From NCBI RefSeq assembly GCF_009914755.1, contig NC_060927.1: a stretch of 64,000 bases of DNA. The stretch is one strand, 5' to 3'. Position 1 is the first letter of the stretch; each line of letters begins with the position of its first letter. The notes beneath the pieces were generated by a model, which did not search any database, was not told where the DNA came from, and saw nothing but the letters and a program-made list of their open reading frames with translations. A program made the translations under genes and the position numbers. Of the stretch, positions 59,788 through 64,000 are shown piece by piece. The stretch comes from the human T2T-CHM13v2.0 reference genome, Homo sapiens.

Positions 59788-59938
59788 TTCTCCCCTCCCC
59801 TCCCCGCTCTCCTCCCCCCCCCACCCACTCCCTCTCCCCTCTCCTCTTGGCTGGTCTTGAACTCCTGACCTCAAGTGATCTGCCTGCCTTGACCTCCCAA
59901 AGTGTTGGGATTACAGGCGTGAGCCACCATGCCGGGTC
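59788..59938 (-). mobile_element. Internally deleted Alu (left-arm 5' part plus C-rich tract)
   Basis: Flanked by the direct repeat tctctccacatttt. Confidence 0.8.
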
Positions 59939-61534
59939 TCTCTCCACATTTTCTATACTCTAGATATGCTGGACAACTCACCCTTTTCCAGACAGGACTA
60001 TAATGTTCTTACCTTTATTGCTTTACTCAGGGTGTTGTTATATCATTGGAATCCCATGATTCCCTTTCTCTGCTTGGGGAATGTTAACTGAAAAAGCTCA
60101 AATGTCATCTCTTTTTTATGCCTTTCCCTACTCTGCCTGATATAAATAAGCATTGCTGCTTCTACTGCAGTTGGTACCAACCTCTAGTATGTCATTTATC
60201 CTTCTAGATCATGCTTAATTTCATCTCTGCCTCAGGGACTGAGTTTCTTGAGGATAAGGAACTTTGTCTTCATGTTTGTATCATCAGGACCTAGTTCATG
60301 GTGAGTGACTGGTGAATGCTTAATTAAGATTCCAACCTAGTGAAGAATTTTATTTTGTTTTATTAATCCTGATGGTATTTTAAAAGGCAGGCTGTAAACC
60401 TAATAATATTTGATTGTTAGAAATTTGTGACATCATGAGTGTACTTTTTTTCCCTTGGCCTTTCTCTTTCTTGAGCCTGTTAGAGAGGCTTAGTGCCTGT
60501 GGCTAAGTTCAGATGACAGATTTTGAGTGGGAGCCTTAGGATTCCAGTATGAATCCCTCTCTCTCACCTACAGTTTCACAGTCATCACAACAGTGATCCA
60601 CAAATCTTACAGCAGGTAACTGGGATGCAGTTTGAACTTATCCCGACAATACTTCTTTTGTTTGACATCTTTGGGGAATGCTGTGTTTTGGATGAGTGAC
60701 TTTTCCAGGGAACTCAAGGTTAAACCTTTAAGAGCACCAAGAAGAGATTTTGTCTATTTCTGTTAGAATTTTTTCTAAAATATGACTTATCTAGTCTTTT
60801 CTATATTGTGAATTCAGTATCTTGAATACATTTGAGCTTTTTATTTTCCTATGTAACATTTCCTTCTGATTACATAACGTATATATCATTACAGAAATGT
60901 CAGTAAATACAAAAAAAACACAAAAAAGAACATAAAGGTGATGTCTTATTTTCATTACCCAGACAACCCCTTTCAACATATTGTCATATCTTTTTAGTTT
61001 TTTTTTATTGTATATACATTTAAGTAGGCATTTAAAATAAATTTGGAACCATACTGCTTATATTGTCTTATAATCTACTTTTATTTTAAATCTATTATAC
61101 TTTGAACATGTTCTAATATCTGGATTCTTCACTCTTTTAAGACTGCCGTTCTGTAATACAGATATACTATCCTTTACTTTCCTACTTTTGAGCAGTTGGT
61201 TGTTTGAAATTAGCTGTTGCCAGATTGTCCTCCAGGACAGTGAGGGTACTTGTTTTCTGCATTTTTGTTATAATAGGGCATTATTTCCTCCACAGACTTG
61301 CATTTTGAAAAATTTCAAAATTGATACATGCTTGAGAGCAATAAATCCTCTCTTTACAAAAGTAAAAGGTCCCCTACTACCAGTTCCACTTCTTGAGTAT
61401 CAGTTGTTTAACTGAGTTTCTAGTGATTTGACATTATTAATACAAAAAAGTGATTATGACGGTTATGATGTTAATACAGGGATATTTGTTTCTTCCTCAC
61501 TGACATCTATAGGAAAATTGCTAGTTCCAGTGAG

Positions 61535-61838
61535 TGTATGCTTCAGGATGAAGTTCTCATCAGATCTCCTTGTAGCTGGACTTGCCACACCATTATGGCA
61601 TGTTAAGTCACCACTCTGACACAAAAACCCTGGAATAATTATATGAAAGCTGGAACCCTTATTATCAAATCCTTTTTCTCCAGTGGTTAGAGCATGGAAG
61701 TTTTCTGCTGTCTTTGGAACTTTGTCTGCAAACAGCTCAAAGGAGACGTGGCTCAAGGGCTGTCCATGGCCTAGAACATGGTGGGGTTGACGGTGGCTGG
61801 TGGCAGGGAGCTTTGGGGGGCAGTGGTGTCTCCAAAGC
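61535..61838 (-). pseudogene. PPIA (cyclophilin A) processed pseudogene, 5' half only
   Basis: Intronless [25 protein letters not shown]...IIPGF.CQ.GD.T.HNG...DENFILKHT; PPIA-like 5'UTR; start codon lost (ACC GTC AAC CCC ACC), an early TAG and indels. Confidence 0.92.
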
Positions 61839-61921
61839 CTTGCCCATTTTCTAATTGAGTTGTTTGGTTTTTTGTTGTTTTGTAGGAGTTCTTTATATTT
61901 TTTGGATATTAATCCTTTATA
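61839..61921 (-). mobile_element. L1M fragment
   Basis: ttgcccattttctaattgagttg...aggagttctttatat...ggatattaatcc is typical antisense L1M. Confidence 0.7.

Positions 61922-64000
<2,079 letters not shown>

Noticed and set aside
61463-61756. 97-aa cyclophilin-like ORF as a functional gene
   Set aside because: No ATG start, an upstream stop, substitution of the catalytic-region Arg (FHIIIPGF) and a missing C-terminal half: pseudogene.

Overview
Primate (almost certainly human, chr3p21.2) genomic DNA; no prokaryotic-type system is present. From left to right: (1) the 3' two-thirds of MAPKAPK3 on + (long intron, then nine coding exons at 16322-24002 that splice into a clean 309-codon frame, then a 3'UTR with AATAAA at 25224); (2) an Alu/MIR/L2/MST-rich intergenic stretch; (3) a probable spliced lncRNA at ~46-48 kb (locus recalled as LINC02019); (4) the DOCK3 CpG-island promoter and first exon, with the MIR4787 hairpin in its 5'UTR; (5) DOCK3 intron 1, with Alus, old L1, a 3'-truncated PPIA retrocopy and a Charlie3-type hAT transposon running off the window end. 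Nearly all ORFs in the supplied track are chance, Alu-derived or GC-island artefacts. The best novel candidate is a two-exon 76-codon ORF inside the lncRNA that the six-frame track cannot see (47080-47154 joined to 47581-47736). Other leads are a possible stop-free 285-nt MAPKAPK3 circRNA, an open last intron giving an MK3 isoform without NES/NLS, competing 4-nt-shifted donors and a hairpin-embedded uORF in DOCK3 exon 1, an AP-1 triplet, an RE1-like site, a G4/hairpin switch and several unusual Alu rearrangements. Gene names and repeat subfamilies come from sequence recognition, not database searches.
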